A stretch of 61,988 nucleotides of DNA, filler included, from Dugesia japonica (taxonomy: Eukaryota): the NCBI GenBank assembly GCA_001938525.1. It is 6 parts of 6 records of this genome, joined end to end, with 100 filler letters (N's around TTAATTAATTAA, not from the genome) between each part and the next. Parts side by side here need not be neighbours in the genome. Positions count along the whole stretch, not along the records: positions 31,187 to 45,243 come from MQRL01639870.1; positions 45,344 to 53,584 come from MQRL01344921.1; 4 more parts are not named here. One strand, 5' to 3'. The notes beneath the pieces were generated by a model. That model saw nothing but the letters and a program-made list of their open reading frames with translations, searched no databases and was not told the origin of the DNA. The position numbers were made by a program, and so were the translations under genes. Below are positions 39,310 through 52,844 of this stretch, piece by piece. Numbering within the stretch: position 1 is the stretch's first letter; each line of letters opens with the position of its first letter.

Positions 39310-41260
39310 TTGACAAATAAAAAATTATTTTACCGAACAAAAATTATTTTATCAAAAAGAAAAATTATTTTATCAAAAAGAAAAATTATTTTATCAAAAA
39401 GAAAAAATATTTTATCAAAAAGAAAAATTATTTTATCAAATAAAATTATTTTATCAAATATAAAAAATATTTTGTCAAATAAAAAATTGTTTTATCAAAC
39501 AAAAATTTTTTATCAAATAGAAAATTTTGTTTATCATATAAAAAAATTATTTTATCAAATAAAAAAATTATTTTGACAAAAAAAATTATTTTATCAAATA
39601 GAAAAAATATTTTATGTAAAAAAATATTTTATGTAAAAAAAATATTTTATGTAAAAAATTATTTTGTCAAATAAAAAAATTATTTTATCAAAAAAATTAT
39701 TTTATCAAATATAAAAAATATTTTATCAAATAGAAAAAATATTTTATCAAAAAGAAAATTATTTTATCAAATAAAATTATTTTATCAAATATAAAAAATA
39801 TTTTGTCAAATAAAAAATTGTTTTATCAAATAAAAATTTTTTATCAAATAGAAAAAATATGTTTTTAAAATGAAAAAATTAATTTGTCAAAAAAAATTAT
39901 TTTGTCATAAAAAAATTATTCTATCAAAAAGAAAAATTATTTTATCAAACAAAAAGTATTTTATCAAATAGAAAAAATTTGTTTATCATATAAAAAAATT
40001 ATTTTGACAAATAAAAAATTGTTTTATCAAATAAAATTATTACTTTACAATTGCAATTATTACGAGAATAATTGTTGGACATAACCATTGATAGTTTTTT
40101 AGAATTCATTTAATATAAAAGCTTTGATCAAAATTTNNNNNNNNNNNNNNNNNNNNNNNNNNNNNNNNNNNNNNNNNNNNNNNNNNNNNNNNNNNNNNNN
40201 NNNNNNNNNNNNNNNNNNNNNNNNNNNNNNNNNNNNNNNNNNNNNNNNNNNNNNNNNNNNNNNNNNNNNNNNNNNNNNNNNNNNNNNNNNNNNCAATAAA
40301 AAAATTATTTTGACAAATAAAAAATTGTTTTATCAAATATAAAAAATATGTTTTTAAAATAAAAAATTAATTTGTCAAATAAAAAATTATTTTATCAAAT
40401 AAAATTATTTTTTTACAATTGCAATTATTGCGACAATAATTGCTGGATATAACCATTGAAAAAAGTCAATTCCTGGCGAAGAAAAGGTCGAAAAATCGAA
40501 TTGTTATCCATTATCAATAAAAAAAACCAGAATTTTTATCAAAGCTTTTATATTAAATGAATTCTAAAATTATTTTATCAAAAATAAAAAATATTTTATC
40601 ATATAAAAAAATATTTTGTCAAATAAAATTTTGTTTTATCAAATAAAAAAAATATTTTTTAAGATGAAAAAATTATTTTGTCAAAAAAAAATTATTTTGT
40701 CAAATACAAAATAATTTATCCATAAAAAAATATTTCATCAAACAAAAAGTATATTATCAAATAAAAAATTAATTTATCCAAATAAAAAATTTTTTTATCA
40801 AATAAAATTCATTTATGAAATATAAAAAATATTTTTTTTAATGAAAACTTTATTTCATCAAATAAAAAATATTTTATCAAATAAAAAATATTTATCAAAT
40901 TTAAAATATATTTTGTCAAATAAAACATAATTTATCCAATAAAAAAATATTTTATCAAATAGAAAGTATTTTTAAAATAAAAGCTTCGATCAAAATTTGT
41001 TTTTTTTTGTTTGTGATAATAGTTCTAATTTTTGACTTTGTCTTCGTCAGAAAAATGTCAATTCCTGACGAAGACAAAGTCAAACATTAGAATTATTATC
41101 ACAAACAAAAAAACAAATTTTCATCGAAACTTTTATTTTAATTCATTCTGTAAAACGATCAATGGTTACGTCCAACAATTATTCTTGCAATAATTGCAAT
41201 TGTAAAACAAAAAATATTTTATCAAATAAAAAAGTATTTTGGCAAATAAAACAAACTTAA
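39310..41260. repeat. Degenerate ~21-bp AT-rich minisatellite (aaaaattattttatcaaata-like) with embedded MITEs
   Basis: Directly visible. It explains the KIILSKR-repeat ORF. Confidence 0.9.
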
Positions 41261-41804
41261 AATAAAATGCTTTTCCTTATTAAAATAATAATCATAATCT
41301 TGAATCAATTTTAAATTTAAATTGCGGACTGCACGGTAAGATTCAACATAGGAAACAACTATCTAATGAAACAAGGAATAAAATTATATCAAAATGCAAA
41401 TCAGGAAAATCACATATAGATATTAGCATGGACCTTGAAGTAAAATATAAAACTATTAGGTATGTAATAAACATGTTTAAGAAGTTTGAAGATTATCGTT
41501 ATTGCTATTATTTCTCATTAGGTTTTTTCAAAATTTTGTAAAGAAAACAAATACATTATTCAATGTTCAATAGACAGTTAAAAGTCAATGTTAGTTATCG
41601 CTAAATTATTTGGTTCGTTTTCAATATCCTTAAAATAATTGCAAAAACTTCAAGATTTATTTAACAATAAAATTAATATTCTAATTTAAAATATAATAAC
41701 AAAATTTTTCAAGGCTAAATTATTTTAATGTTGACAAATTTATTGCCTATAACAATCAATATAAAATTTAATAAAATTATTTAAAAATGATGATTTTTTG
41801 AATA

Positions 41805-43720
41805 TTACAAATAGGAGTTTATTTTTAAAAATATCAACATTTTAAAATCTTTAATCTTCTCCATATTTCTAATCACTGTTTTTCCTGTAACATCTCTTAG
41901 TAAATAAATTTTTTTTATTTTATTTATTTTCTCGATTTCAGTATATGGTCCTACATATCTACCTTGATCTTTATTACATATTTCTTGTTTAATTAGCACA
42001 TTGTCTCGTATATTTAAATTCTGTTCTGATCTTATGTTATTTTCCTTCTTTTGTGTTTCAATTTTCATCATCATTCTCTGCTGTTACTAAATCATTTTGA
42101 TCTATTTACTTTTCTTCCAAATACAACATCTGCGGACTTACACCGTTGGTTTTCTGAGTTGTAGAATTCAAAGTGTACTCAATGTCTGGTAATATAACCA
42201 ATTCGTATTGTGTCAATTTTTTAATGATGCGTTTTTGTATTCTCTATGGGTTCGAAACTGTCTTTCCACCATGTCATTGTGATGGTATGGACTAGAGAAT
42301 ATTAACTCAATTTCTGCTGCACTTGTCATTTCATTTACACCCTTTGCTTTAAAGCTTTTCCCACAATCTACGTGTAATTCCTTCGGTGCCCCAAGTTTTA
42401 GTATCCAATTATTCAGTAAAACTTGGACTATTGTCTTTTCATCTTGTTTATTTATAGCAGTCAATACTATAGATTTACTGTAGTGGTCGATAATTACACA
42501 AATATATCTCTCTCGTTTCAGTGTTTCTTTCCACGGTCAACATATATCCATATATATTTTCTCGAACAGTTCATTTGCCACTACTACTTTAGTGTCTTCT
42601 TTTACCTTCGTCATCACTATCTTTATCTTTTGACATTCATCACATTCTGATATAATTATTTTTACTTCAGCAAACAAATCCTTCATATCGAAATTATTTT
42701 TAATATATTTCAATAGTTTGTATGCTCTTGCATGACACAGTAAGATATGAGTCTTCTTAATCATTTCTTTTATATTAAACGATGGGACCCATATCTTATG
42801 TTTTGTGTAAACAATACCATTTTCAACAATAAATTTAGCAGTCTCCGGTCTATTAAGCTATCTTATCTATTAAGCCCCTCAATTATTTTCTGTATTTCTT
42901 CGGAATTATTTTGCCAATTTTCATTATTATCTTCCGCTATGATGTTTAATAGTCTCGTTTTTAATCGCCCTACTTTTGGTTAATAATGATCCATCAGACA
43001 TTGTACGCAAGTTCCGCATGTATTTCTTGAAAGCATATCGGCATTACCATGTGATGTTCCTTTTCTAAATTCTATNTTAAAATCCAGACTACTAAAATAA
43101 TGTATCCATGTTTGGAATTGTGCCGTTATTAGTTTTTTAGTAGTTAGCATGAATGTAATAGCTTTATGATCTGTGTGTAGTGTAAATCGTTTACGCCGAC
43201 AGAAATAGTAGATCGCTAACAATACTTTTCTAGTAATACAGTAACCCCGTTCATGATCATTCATGGAATGATATCAATATGCTATTACTTGCTCATGTCC
43301 GTATTCATGCTTTTGAGATAATACCGCTTCAATGATATCAAAACTTCCATCGGTGTCGAGTATAATTTTTTTTCAGAAATCTGGGAATATAAATATTGGA
43401 GAGCCTATTAATGACAATTTCATTTCTTCGAAGGCTTTTTCATACAAATCAGACCATATCAATTTTTTATTAGTTTTCCCACACATAGCTTCTAACGCTT
43501 TTGATTTCTTTGCATTATATCTGATAAACTTCCTATACTAATTGCATATTCCCAAGAAACTCCTCAGGTTTTTTACACATTTTTGTCTTTGAAATGACTG
43601 GATAATTTCTATTTTACTCGGATCGGTTTGAATACCTTCGTCGTTTATAATATGACCTAAAAACGTAACTCCTTTTTTTAACAGTTAGCATTTTTCTGGA
43701 TTATTTTTAAACTCCTAACA
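41805..43720 (-). mobile_element. Ty3/gypsy pol relic (RT C-terminus, RNase H, integrase, GPY/F)
   Basis: YCITRKVLLAIYYF..FTLHTDHKAI, LLCHARAYK..CDECQ, WILKLGAPKELHVDCGKSF, FSSPYHHN, RYVGPY. Confidence 0.92.
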
Positions 43721-44102
43721 GTCCACAAACATTTGCATACTCTTAAACATCTATTCTTTTCAATGTATCCTTTAATTTTAAAAACAATCAATTAAAATAA
43801 TTTATCAATCTCAATCGTTTTTTTCTCATCTTTAATTTAAATAATATTTACATATCTTCGATGTAAAAATCATAAGAAAAATTTTTATTTACTAGTTTAA
43901 GATTTGGCATATATTTCATTATTGCAAGTTTTCAGGTTTTATTTTTTATTTGACAAATACTGCTTTTCAAATTTCAACTGTAAATTAAATTTATTTTTTA
44001 TTTATTTGCTCTCAAAATGGAATGAAAGTACAGTAATTTCAGATAATACAAATTTAGATTTTTGTCATAAATTAATCATATTTCTAATCTAATCATTTTC
44101 AA

Positions 44103-44697
44103 CTAGGTATTTTATGAGCAGCAAGCTGTCCCGTGATCAACAAATACGCGTAGAAAAAAATCGTTTGCAGAATTATTTTTGAATTAAATTTTATTTATGT
44201 ATCATTATATTTTTACAAAAGAAGATACATACTTACCGTTGATGTGGCATGAAAATTACGTCTGCTAAAAGGGTTCAAATCACCACCAACCTTTTGGCAT
44301 CTTATTTTTGTCTTATTCGTTCATTTGCCCAGAACTTGCTGAAGAGATCTTTTTTGCTCGACATCGGTGCCTTCGACCTACTCTCTTTCTTCCTATTGTC
44401 TAACGGACCTCTTGTCCGCTTGGATTTTCCCACTAACTACCCGTCTTGTTTGGCAGATCAACTACTTCAAGAAATTTCCTGGTCATGTTCTTTCTAAATG
44501 TTTTTTGTCTTTTAGCTTTAGTTTAAAATTTTGAGAATTACGCACAAACAAACAAATAAATCTTACTGGATTTTTAATATATTAATTGAAAATTTTAAAG
44601 CCTATAATAAAAATATACAAGTTTTGAAATTTGTTGAATAATATTGAGCATCGCGCACAAACAAACATACACCACTGAGTTTTTAATATATTAATGA
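44103..44697 (-). mobile_element. Putative non-autonomous Helitron (595 bp)
   Basis: Minus strand reads A|TC...CTAG|T. It has a duplicated 5' module (ttaatatattaaaaa...gtttgtttgtgcg) and a degraded GC-rich hairpin near the CTAG end. Confidence 0.5.
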
Positions 44698-44959
44698 TTT
44701 ATATGTGGTTTTTTATTTTTGAAATAAGAACAATTTTTTGTTTGCGAATGTCTTGTGAATTCACATATTATAAATCAATAAACCATAATAATTTAATTAG
44801 CTTTGTATAGGATATACCGGAAAAAGCGGCGTCTTTTTAATTTTGGACATTATATTATTAGCAAGCAGAATTACAAGATGAATGTTAACAAGGTCAAAGG
44901 AAATCATAATATTACAAATAATTTCCACCACTGTTAACAATATGAGTTATATCGACTTT

Positions 44960-45243
44960 CATTTTGTCTAAAGTAACACTCATTCTTTTTACAGTAAACA
45001 AAGCTAACTGATGATCCAAAAAAGTTTCAATTTCTCCTGTTCTCAAAGTCTTTTTTTCTTATTGGGTCTATCCGTGGAAAAGTGTATCTGTACCACAGAT
45101 TACAGCCTGGGGAATAAGGCAGATGTTTCAACATCCGAACATTTTTACTCTCTAAATACGTCGCTTTATATCTGCATCTACGTAAAATTTCAGTAAGAAA
45201 AGATTACCGATATTTTGTGACTTCCATGAATATCCATCTGAAA
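44960..45243 (-). mobile_element. mariner transposase C-terminal relic
   Basis: YLESKNVRMLKHLPYSPG, a decayed L.HPPYSPD motif. Confidence 0.6.
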
Positions 45244-45343
45244 NNNNNNNNNNNNNNNNNNNNNNNNNNNNNNNNNNNNNNNNNNNNTTAATTAATTAAN
45301 NNNNNNNNNNNNNNNNNNNNNNNNNNNNNNNNNNNNNNNNNNN

Positions 45344-45870
45344 AATCCTGCTTCCTACTTTTGTTATTGAAGGCACTATTATTGTTCCGGTAGATCAAAA
45401 TCTCGTCGCACGTCACATATTGAGGGAAAAAATCATTAGTTGGATACATTTTCAATAATTTTTGCATATTTACTAGAAGTTTAATTTAATGACTTCACTA
45501 AATCTATGCGGCATCAAGCCATGTTTCAGATATCGTTTTCCCTAGCTGAGCAAGTGTCCCAGATAGTGTCATGTAGCCCCCTAATTGGTTTGATAATTCT
45601 TCCGCTTGTTACACAGCTGTCCGTATTCAAGCACGGTTTTATTTGTTAGTGAATTTCAAAGGGGGCATTCCAGAACGTTTAACACCGATTGAATCGAAGT
45701 TGCGATTACTGATATTGGAAACCAATCGTCGGCATGTTCTATGTATATAGGTACCTTTCCAAGATTTTTGTTTACTTTATTACTCATTTCTGATGTTAAC
45801 CATTTTCTCTTCCAACAGTAATAAATTAAATTCCGCGTTTCACTGCCAATGAACTCTATCATAACTCACA
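45344..45870 (-). mobile_element. Non-LTR retrotransposon RT relic
   Basis: KVPIYIEHADDWFPISVIATSIQSVLNVL resembles the vPIyK...nwRPIS RT motifs. Confidence 0.55.
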
Positions 45871-46629
45871 TTCTTGAATACATTAAGATAATGTATATTT
45901 GAAATTAGTACATATAAACAAATATATTTTGTAAAAGATTTCAAATATTGTTCGTAAAACACTTAAAAATATTACACCATGTATATTCAAAAAAATATAT
46001 ACTCAAACTTCATAGTCATAAATCAAAGTAGCAACAAAACTTATGGAACAACCCTTTATTAGATTAAAAAGAATCAATGCGTTTGACACTATAAATAAAA
46101 AACGGATAAAGAAACATTATTCTTCATTTATTCTTCACTACTTTTGATAACCACAAAATGACAATGAATGTGCAAGAAAGAGTGAAAGAAAATGATAAAC
46201 ATAAACAAATTTAAGAGAAAATTAATTAAAGCAATAAAAATGATACAACCATTACGTTTTAAAACAGTGAGGCAATACCATTATAACAAGTTCTCTAAAT
46301 GAAACACCATATTTTAATGAAAATAGTAGAAAATAAATGCAAATGCAAATATGAAAGAGTGTGTAGCAAAAATGATTATGTTATGCAGAAACACTAATAA
46401 ATCGATTTTCGATACGATAAAAACAAAATTTGGACAAAAAAATTAAAGAAATTTACAAAAATATTTTAAAATTATCATGAAATAGAGTTGTTAAGTAAAT
46501 TTTCAAATGATAATATATTTGTGAAAACAACGATTATTTGAGACATATTTATTTTACAATAAACACAAATGGCTGATTATAATTATTAAAGGTAAATATA
46601 ACTAATTAATATTAATAATCATTTAAAAC

Positions 46630-48640
46630 GCTTTCTATTGGTTGAAATTATAAATAATTTCCTAATATCTACATTTTTACGTTCTACATTTGTTTTTAAT
46701 TGCTGTTCATTTCTTCTTGTTCCACATACCTTCTTTAGTGAGCTTTCTTTCAAATGTGTCTTGATTTTGATTTTGTGTCAATTACTAATCACTTCTGAAA
46801 TTCTTTCTTTAGTTTTTCCTAAAAGTTTTGAAGTTTACCACTGGTTGCTGCTAATTTCCTTTCTTAATAAGATCCCAGTCGAGCTCACTCCAATCGTCTT
46901 CTGTTTTGTTGCATTCATCGTAAATTCTATAATATTTCGGGTAAAAGATCTGTCCAAGTTATTGTGCTTCTCTCCGGAAATATCGTTTTAATTAAATCTC
47001 GAATTGTGCTGAAGTGTCTCAAAAAGCAAAGGTTAATGTTTTGCTTATGTACAAACTTTCTCAAAACTCTAGATTCAAAGGGTTTGTAACAATCTAGTCT
47101 TATTTCTAGAGTGTTTTAAGAATCACTTATTTACTAAACTGGTATATTATTCTAAAAATGTATATTTCTGTATTATTGTTTTCTGTATTGATCCACATAT
47201 ATCTGTGAATATGACTTCAAACAAATTTGTAGTTCTAATTTCTTTACTTTCTTTTTAGTTACTGCTGTTACTACTTTGGTCTTCTAAAGAATTTTAGAAC
47301 TACGAACTATCTTCTGTATTAGGCTCAAGAAATTCTTCGACTTACTCTTGTTTTGATATTCTCTTGGCATTTTAAAATGCACCAATAAGTCGCATCTTGC
47401 TCTAAATAATATATCTACATTACCATGTTGAATTCATTTTATATATTGAAATACCATGTCTAAACTACTGAGATAATTAATCCATGTCTGGAATTGTGAC
47501 GTAATTGGTTTCTTCATTCTCATCATGAAAGTTAGCTTCATAATCTGTCCTTAAAGAATTTTTCTACCGTACAAGTATTGTTTGAAATTTATGCAGAAAT
47601 GATAAACCGCTAGTAACTTTTTTGTGTGAACCAGTACCTCTTTTCATGACCCGTAATTGAATGTGATCCATAGGCCATAACTTTTTCTTCTTTATCACTT
47701 TGTGATAATACTGCTCCAATTATATTGAAACTAAAATCTGTCTCTAATATAAATTGTCTGTTTTTGTCTAGAAAACACAATATTAGCCAGACATTAGAGC
47801 TTTCATCTACCCATTCTAACTTCTTTTTGCTTGGTCCGCTACACAACTGTTCTAGCATCTTTGATTTTTTTGAGTAATTTTCTATGATCATCCTTTAATA
47901 ATTACAAATTCCTTAGAAACTTCGCAACTTCTTCACACAGTTAGGTTTGCGAAATGTTCTTATTGCTTCTAGTTTAGATGGATCAGTTCTTATACCAACT
48001 TTGCTAATTATGTGTCTTAGAAATTTGAGTTCGCTTTGTGTAAACTGACAATTTTCTTAATTCTTAAACCAGCTTTTATTATTTCCGTCAATACTCTGCC
48101 AATGACTTCATAGTGTTAATCTTTTTTGTTCGCATTTATCAGAATATCATCAAGATAAACCATGGCTCCATTGATTCCACCTACCACTTTTGTCATCATC
48201 TTTTGAAATGTATCCGTTGCCGCTGTTATGCCAAATGATATTATATTAAAACAACCTTGTCCATACTTTGTTGCAAATGCTGTTTTTCCTGAAATTCTTC
48301 TACGAGCTCTATCTTATAGTACACATTTCCTAAATCTATTGAACTTAATTATTTTGCTCCATCCAACTTGTCCAGAATTTCATTGACGTTGGGTATGAGA
48401 AAGACTAGTCTTTTCGTTAATATATTCAATTGCCTGAAATCCATACATATTCTTATTTCTTTCTTTTCCTTTTACCAAACACAAATCAGTTGAGTATTTT
48501 ATTGAGAGTTACATTCCTATATAATTTTATTCTCAAAAAGAGTTTCGACAGCTTTTTCAATTTTAGCAACGAAGTTCATTAGTTGAATGTACGGTTAAAC
48601 AATCACCATTTATGATGATTTTGTGTTTTATCAAATGAAT
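46630..48640 (-). mobile_element. Ty3/gypsy pol relic (RT-RH-INT, internally deleted)
   Basis: IRICMDFRQLN, MVYLDDIL, QFILETDFSFNIIGAVLSQ, IEFTMNATKQKTIG. Confidence 0.9.
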
Positions 48641-50182
48641 GAGTTCTACACGCAATTTTTTCTGCTATAAAAACCTTTTTTTTATATCCAATTATGTTCA
48701 ATAATACCTAATAAAGTATTTTCGTTATATGGCGTTAAAAGCAAGATTTAGTAAACTTTTAGCAAATATTTTCAATATAGTTTACAAACTACCTAATTTT
48801 CAGATCAGCTATAATGTATCAGAACATGTACATATAGAATTATGGTAAATATAGAATTATATCCTAAATTTAAAAATCTAGGATAGTACAGAAAATATCA
48901 GATATTTCATCAATTCCTTAGAACATGATGGCAAATATGAATTGTTTTTAGTCAAATTACTAGACTGTTCAGGANAATTTTGCTTTGTTAAGCAGAACAT
49001 TTGTCATTTGAACAAAGTAAAAGATTCGAGNATTTTTCATATTACTAAACTTCTACAATTAAAAGAAAATGAAATTTCTTTAAGAAAATGTATTAAAAAA
49101 TTGAAAGTGGGTCTATTTAAAAGGTAACTAGTATTAAACAGTGTGGAAAGAAAATTTCTGATTGGTTTAAAATTGAACCCCTCTTGAAAAGATTGGCATT
49201 TTGATTGGTTGAAAGCTAACCAAGTACAGAAATATAATCAACAGGGAATATCTTTTCATCCAATCAAATGCAAGAAACCGAACCAAGAGATGGTGCTGGC
49301 TGAGGTAACTACAACTATCATTATTTCTATTAAGCTTATGATGTCTATCAACATTTCTATTAGTTCTATGATCCCTATCAACATTTCTATCTGATATTTG
49401 ATGTTTATCAACAACTTTTATCAGATCTCTGATATAGCAAAACGGTTCAATTTCTAAACTTAATATCATTAAAAGAAGCCTATAACATTTACGGATAGAA
49501 TTAAAATAATTATTTTTAAAATTATTCTGGATAAATAAGTAATAGCAATTAAATAAAATAAAACAATAATTCAAATAACAGGCAAAATTGTTTTCATAGA
49601 TTTTCAACAAATAAATATTTGCTCGCTAAAACATTTCAATTTAAATTGCCTGCAAAGAGATTAAAACAAATTTTTATATTAAACGAGCAGAATTTTACGA
49701 TCAATTTAATACAGCACTAAATATGCTCTTCAACATAAGTTTGCAGACAATAAAATTTCAAATCAAACTATTTTCCCTATTAGTGGCGTAATGGTGGGAT
49801 TTGTAAGGAATATAGTTCTATAAGATAATTTAAGTCTCTAAAAACTATGTAAAATTTTAGGTTTGTAAATTTTATTAATTATATTTATAACTAGTTCCAT
49901 ATTGCTTCCACAAAGAACAAAACATTTTTAGTTAATAGTTCTTTAAACAATGTGTAGTAAGTTTTTTATAATAAGTCGAATGACACCAAATTTTAAATCA
50001 TACGACAATTTTTGATTGGTCCGAAACTCAATTTCTAATTCCCATATTAGGAAAATTGGTTTTTTCATATAAATAATACATAACTTATAAATTTTATATG
50101 AAAAGTTGGATTAAAAATATGTATGTACAACGTATATGAATAATATAAATTTAAATATATTCTCCAAGCGGATTCAACAATT

Positions 50183-51707
50183 TTTTGGGGTTTTATCTAA
50201 GTGGGCAGATTTTTTAAGCTTAAGTCTAGGATGGTCGACCTAATAAAACCCTACGAAGAATTTAATCTGGTGTCCACAAAAATCCAGATCTTCAGAATGG
50301 AGCCGTTGACTCGCAGCCCGTAGTTCGAGTGCGTGCTCGCATTCCTTTAGTTTGGGTTCATATTTAACGATTCTGGCTCAGTTTTAGAGACACTTATTAC
50401 TATCAATCATTAACGTATTAAATTTCAGATTATGAATCATTTATTAAATTTTATTTTATCCGTTAGTTGAATCCTAATTAACTATAATTTTTTCTAATTC
50501 ATGGTTATGCATATCTAACTTAGTTCGTTTAATTACTACTTTTATATTAAAAATCAATAACCTATATTTTTACAGTTATAAAGAACAAAAGAATTTAAGA
50601 AGTCAAAAATATATTCAATTACCAAAACTCTCACTTGTTATACATTAATCTAATAATTTAATAATCATTAAAACTAACGTGGTCTGGATCCCGATCCGAA
50701 GCAAGCCCAATATTTGAATTGTCATTTCCTCGGTGGATATTAACGAATCAAGTGGTCCGCCATAATTTTCCATATTCGGTTCAAGTCGGAAATATGGATA
50801 AAAAATTACCGTTAAGATTCTCAATTTCTGTAAATTTCCAATAATGAAGATTGATTAAGATTGCTTTATAGTTGTTAAATTTGATGAAAATTTCATCGGT
50901 ATTTATACTGGTTTTCAGATACATTCTCGTTCTTTCTATTGATCAACGGGGTCGTACGATTTTTCTAACGTTCTTATTGGCTTGATATTCACATGAGTAC
51001 TTTTTATTGGTGGTTATGTTGGAATTCCACAATTATTGGTCAATCTTCAAACCATTGTATCTTCTTTTCTAGTCATGCAATGACTTTTTAACTTAGATTT
51101 TCGTAATCTCCGATTTTTTCTCGCCCCGAATCTTCTTAATTGCTAATTTTTTTCACCATGGGAAGACGTTGGTTTTGGCATATTTTCATAAAATATTTAA
51201 TTTTCTTTTAAAAATATATCATTTTAAATCGTATGATTTTTTTTATTTAAATAAATAAATTTTTTATTTTATTTTTATCTTAAATTTTAATTATATGTGC
51301 ATTTCTGGGTTTATCTAATTTACATTAATTTAATTTCGTCGTTTTTTCTTTCATTAATTAATTTAATTAATTTCTTCATTTATTTTCTCTTTCACCAATT
51401 ATTAGTTCAATATGATTTCCTTAGTTTTGTCTAATGAACTAATTGTTATTCGTTATTTTCTTTAGCTGGCTGATAAATTTTATTGCTTCTTTTCTTCCTT
51501 ATTTCTTGCTGTAACTTTAGATTTTGCTGGTTATTACGTACGTTTTAACTACTAACCTTGATTTTTCTTTTAATTATTTCTTTACCTCAATGAATTCTGA
51601 CTTTCCTTTGTCTGGATTCTTTGTTTCTCCATTTAGCGACTATCTTTTCATTTTCGGCTTTATCTACCGCCATTTTTATTTTCCATATCAGGGGTTTCAC
51701 CCCAACA
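50183..51707 (-). mobile_element. Solo LTR (1525 bp) of the TGTTGGGGTGAAAC family with 4-bp TSD AATT
   Basis: Ends are t(t)ttgggg...ccccaaca, with AATT at 50179-50182 and 51708-51711. CCAAT boxes and TATAAA lie on the minus strand. 50183-50800 is homologous to 55707-56190. Confidence 0.8.
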
Positions 51708-52489
51708 AATTTAATTTAATATTCAAAATGTACCGAGGTCTAAAGAGATTAATCATTACAAATATCTATGTATATTGATCAATTTCATAATTTATTGCTC
51801 AAAATTCATCTTGATAGTTTATTGTGGCCAATAAATGTTTTCGCAAACAAACTAATATAATTAAGCAATATTTGTGACAAAAATCTTCAACAGTTAAAAT
51901 GTCAAAAGAACAATAAATAAAAAATAAATAACGCTGTTAAAAATAAAACTTTATTGTTATATATTTCAAAGGATCAACCGTCATCATCAAACTAAAATGA
52001 AAAAAATGAGTTTATTCAGTCTGTATTATTCAAACAAAGATCAATGCTATTATACTGAATATAAGAAGGCTATAATTCTTAATTTTTAATTCTTAAACTT
52101 TTTAACAATTTTTTTCAAAAATATTAATTTATCTAATAATATTTTATTAAAATTACTATTACCTATAAAATCAAAGATGCTTTTTCAAAAATATTTAAAA
52201 TTTTTAATTTTAGATAATATGAAAAAATAAAAATTGATTTTATTTTTAAATGATAAAATACAAAACCTATAAAAAACATGAAAATAAGATTTCAAAATTT
52301 GAAAAATTATTTTAAATCTTAAAAATTTAAATTAATTTAGTCGACAGAGCTGTCTGTACATTAATCCGTGGTTTATGAAATCTAATCATTAACGCTTCGT
52401 ATTATGTAGTTACATCAATTATCGCTGTTAATAATAAGAAGAAATGTAAATAAAAACTCCAAATACATTTATTTTTACATAATATCTCA

Positions 52490-52843
52490 TTCAAAGTAGC
52501 GTCCATCATTGCTAACAACATTTCCCCACCTTTCTAGTAACAAATGAATTCGACGATAAAAAAATTTTTCTTTCTTGGAATTTACTCAATATTCAAGCCA
52601 TTTTTGGATATCATAATGATTGTTGAATAGTTGTTAAGAAAAGCCATGTTGCATTGTGCGAAAAAGGTGGTAATCACTTGGTGCGACGTCTGTTGAGTAT
52701 AGCGGGTGAGGTAAAACTTCTCATTTGAATTCTGTTATGGTATTCCTAACGAAAATCGAAGTTTAGAGTCGAGCATTATCATGCTGTAACAACACTGTCT
52801 CGTGTCAATTGGAATAGTCTGACCATTTTTTGTGAAATGCTTG
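52490..52843 (-). mobile_element. mariner transposase C-terminal relic
   Basis: VLLQHDNAR, EVLPHPLYSTDVAPSDYHLFRTMQHG, ERWGNVVSNDGRYFE. Confidence 0.9.
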
Positions 52844-52844
52844 A

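Noticed and set aside
39310-39576. KIILSKR-repeat ORF; regularly spaced repeats superficially like a CRISPR array
   Set aside because: Degenerate AT minisatellite with no unique spacers or cas genes, in eukaryotic context.
48850-49610. ORF 49167-49610 with short DRNVDR repeats; possible decayed gag on the plus strand
   Set aside because: Arises from a short atcaacatttctat repeat. No convincing motif could be established.
50300-50345. tRNA/SINE or hammerhead ribozyme in the LTR 3' motif
   Set aside because: No cloverleaf or A-box, and no CUGAnGA/GAAA core is visible.
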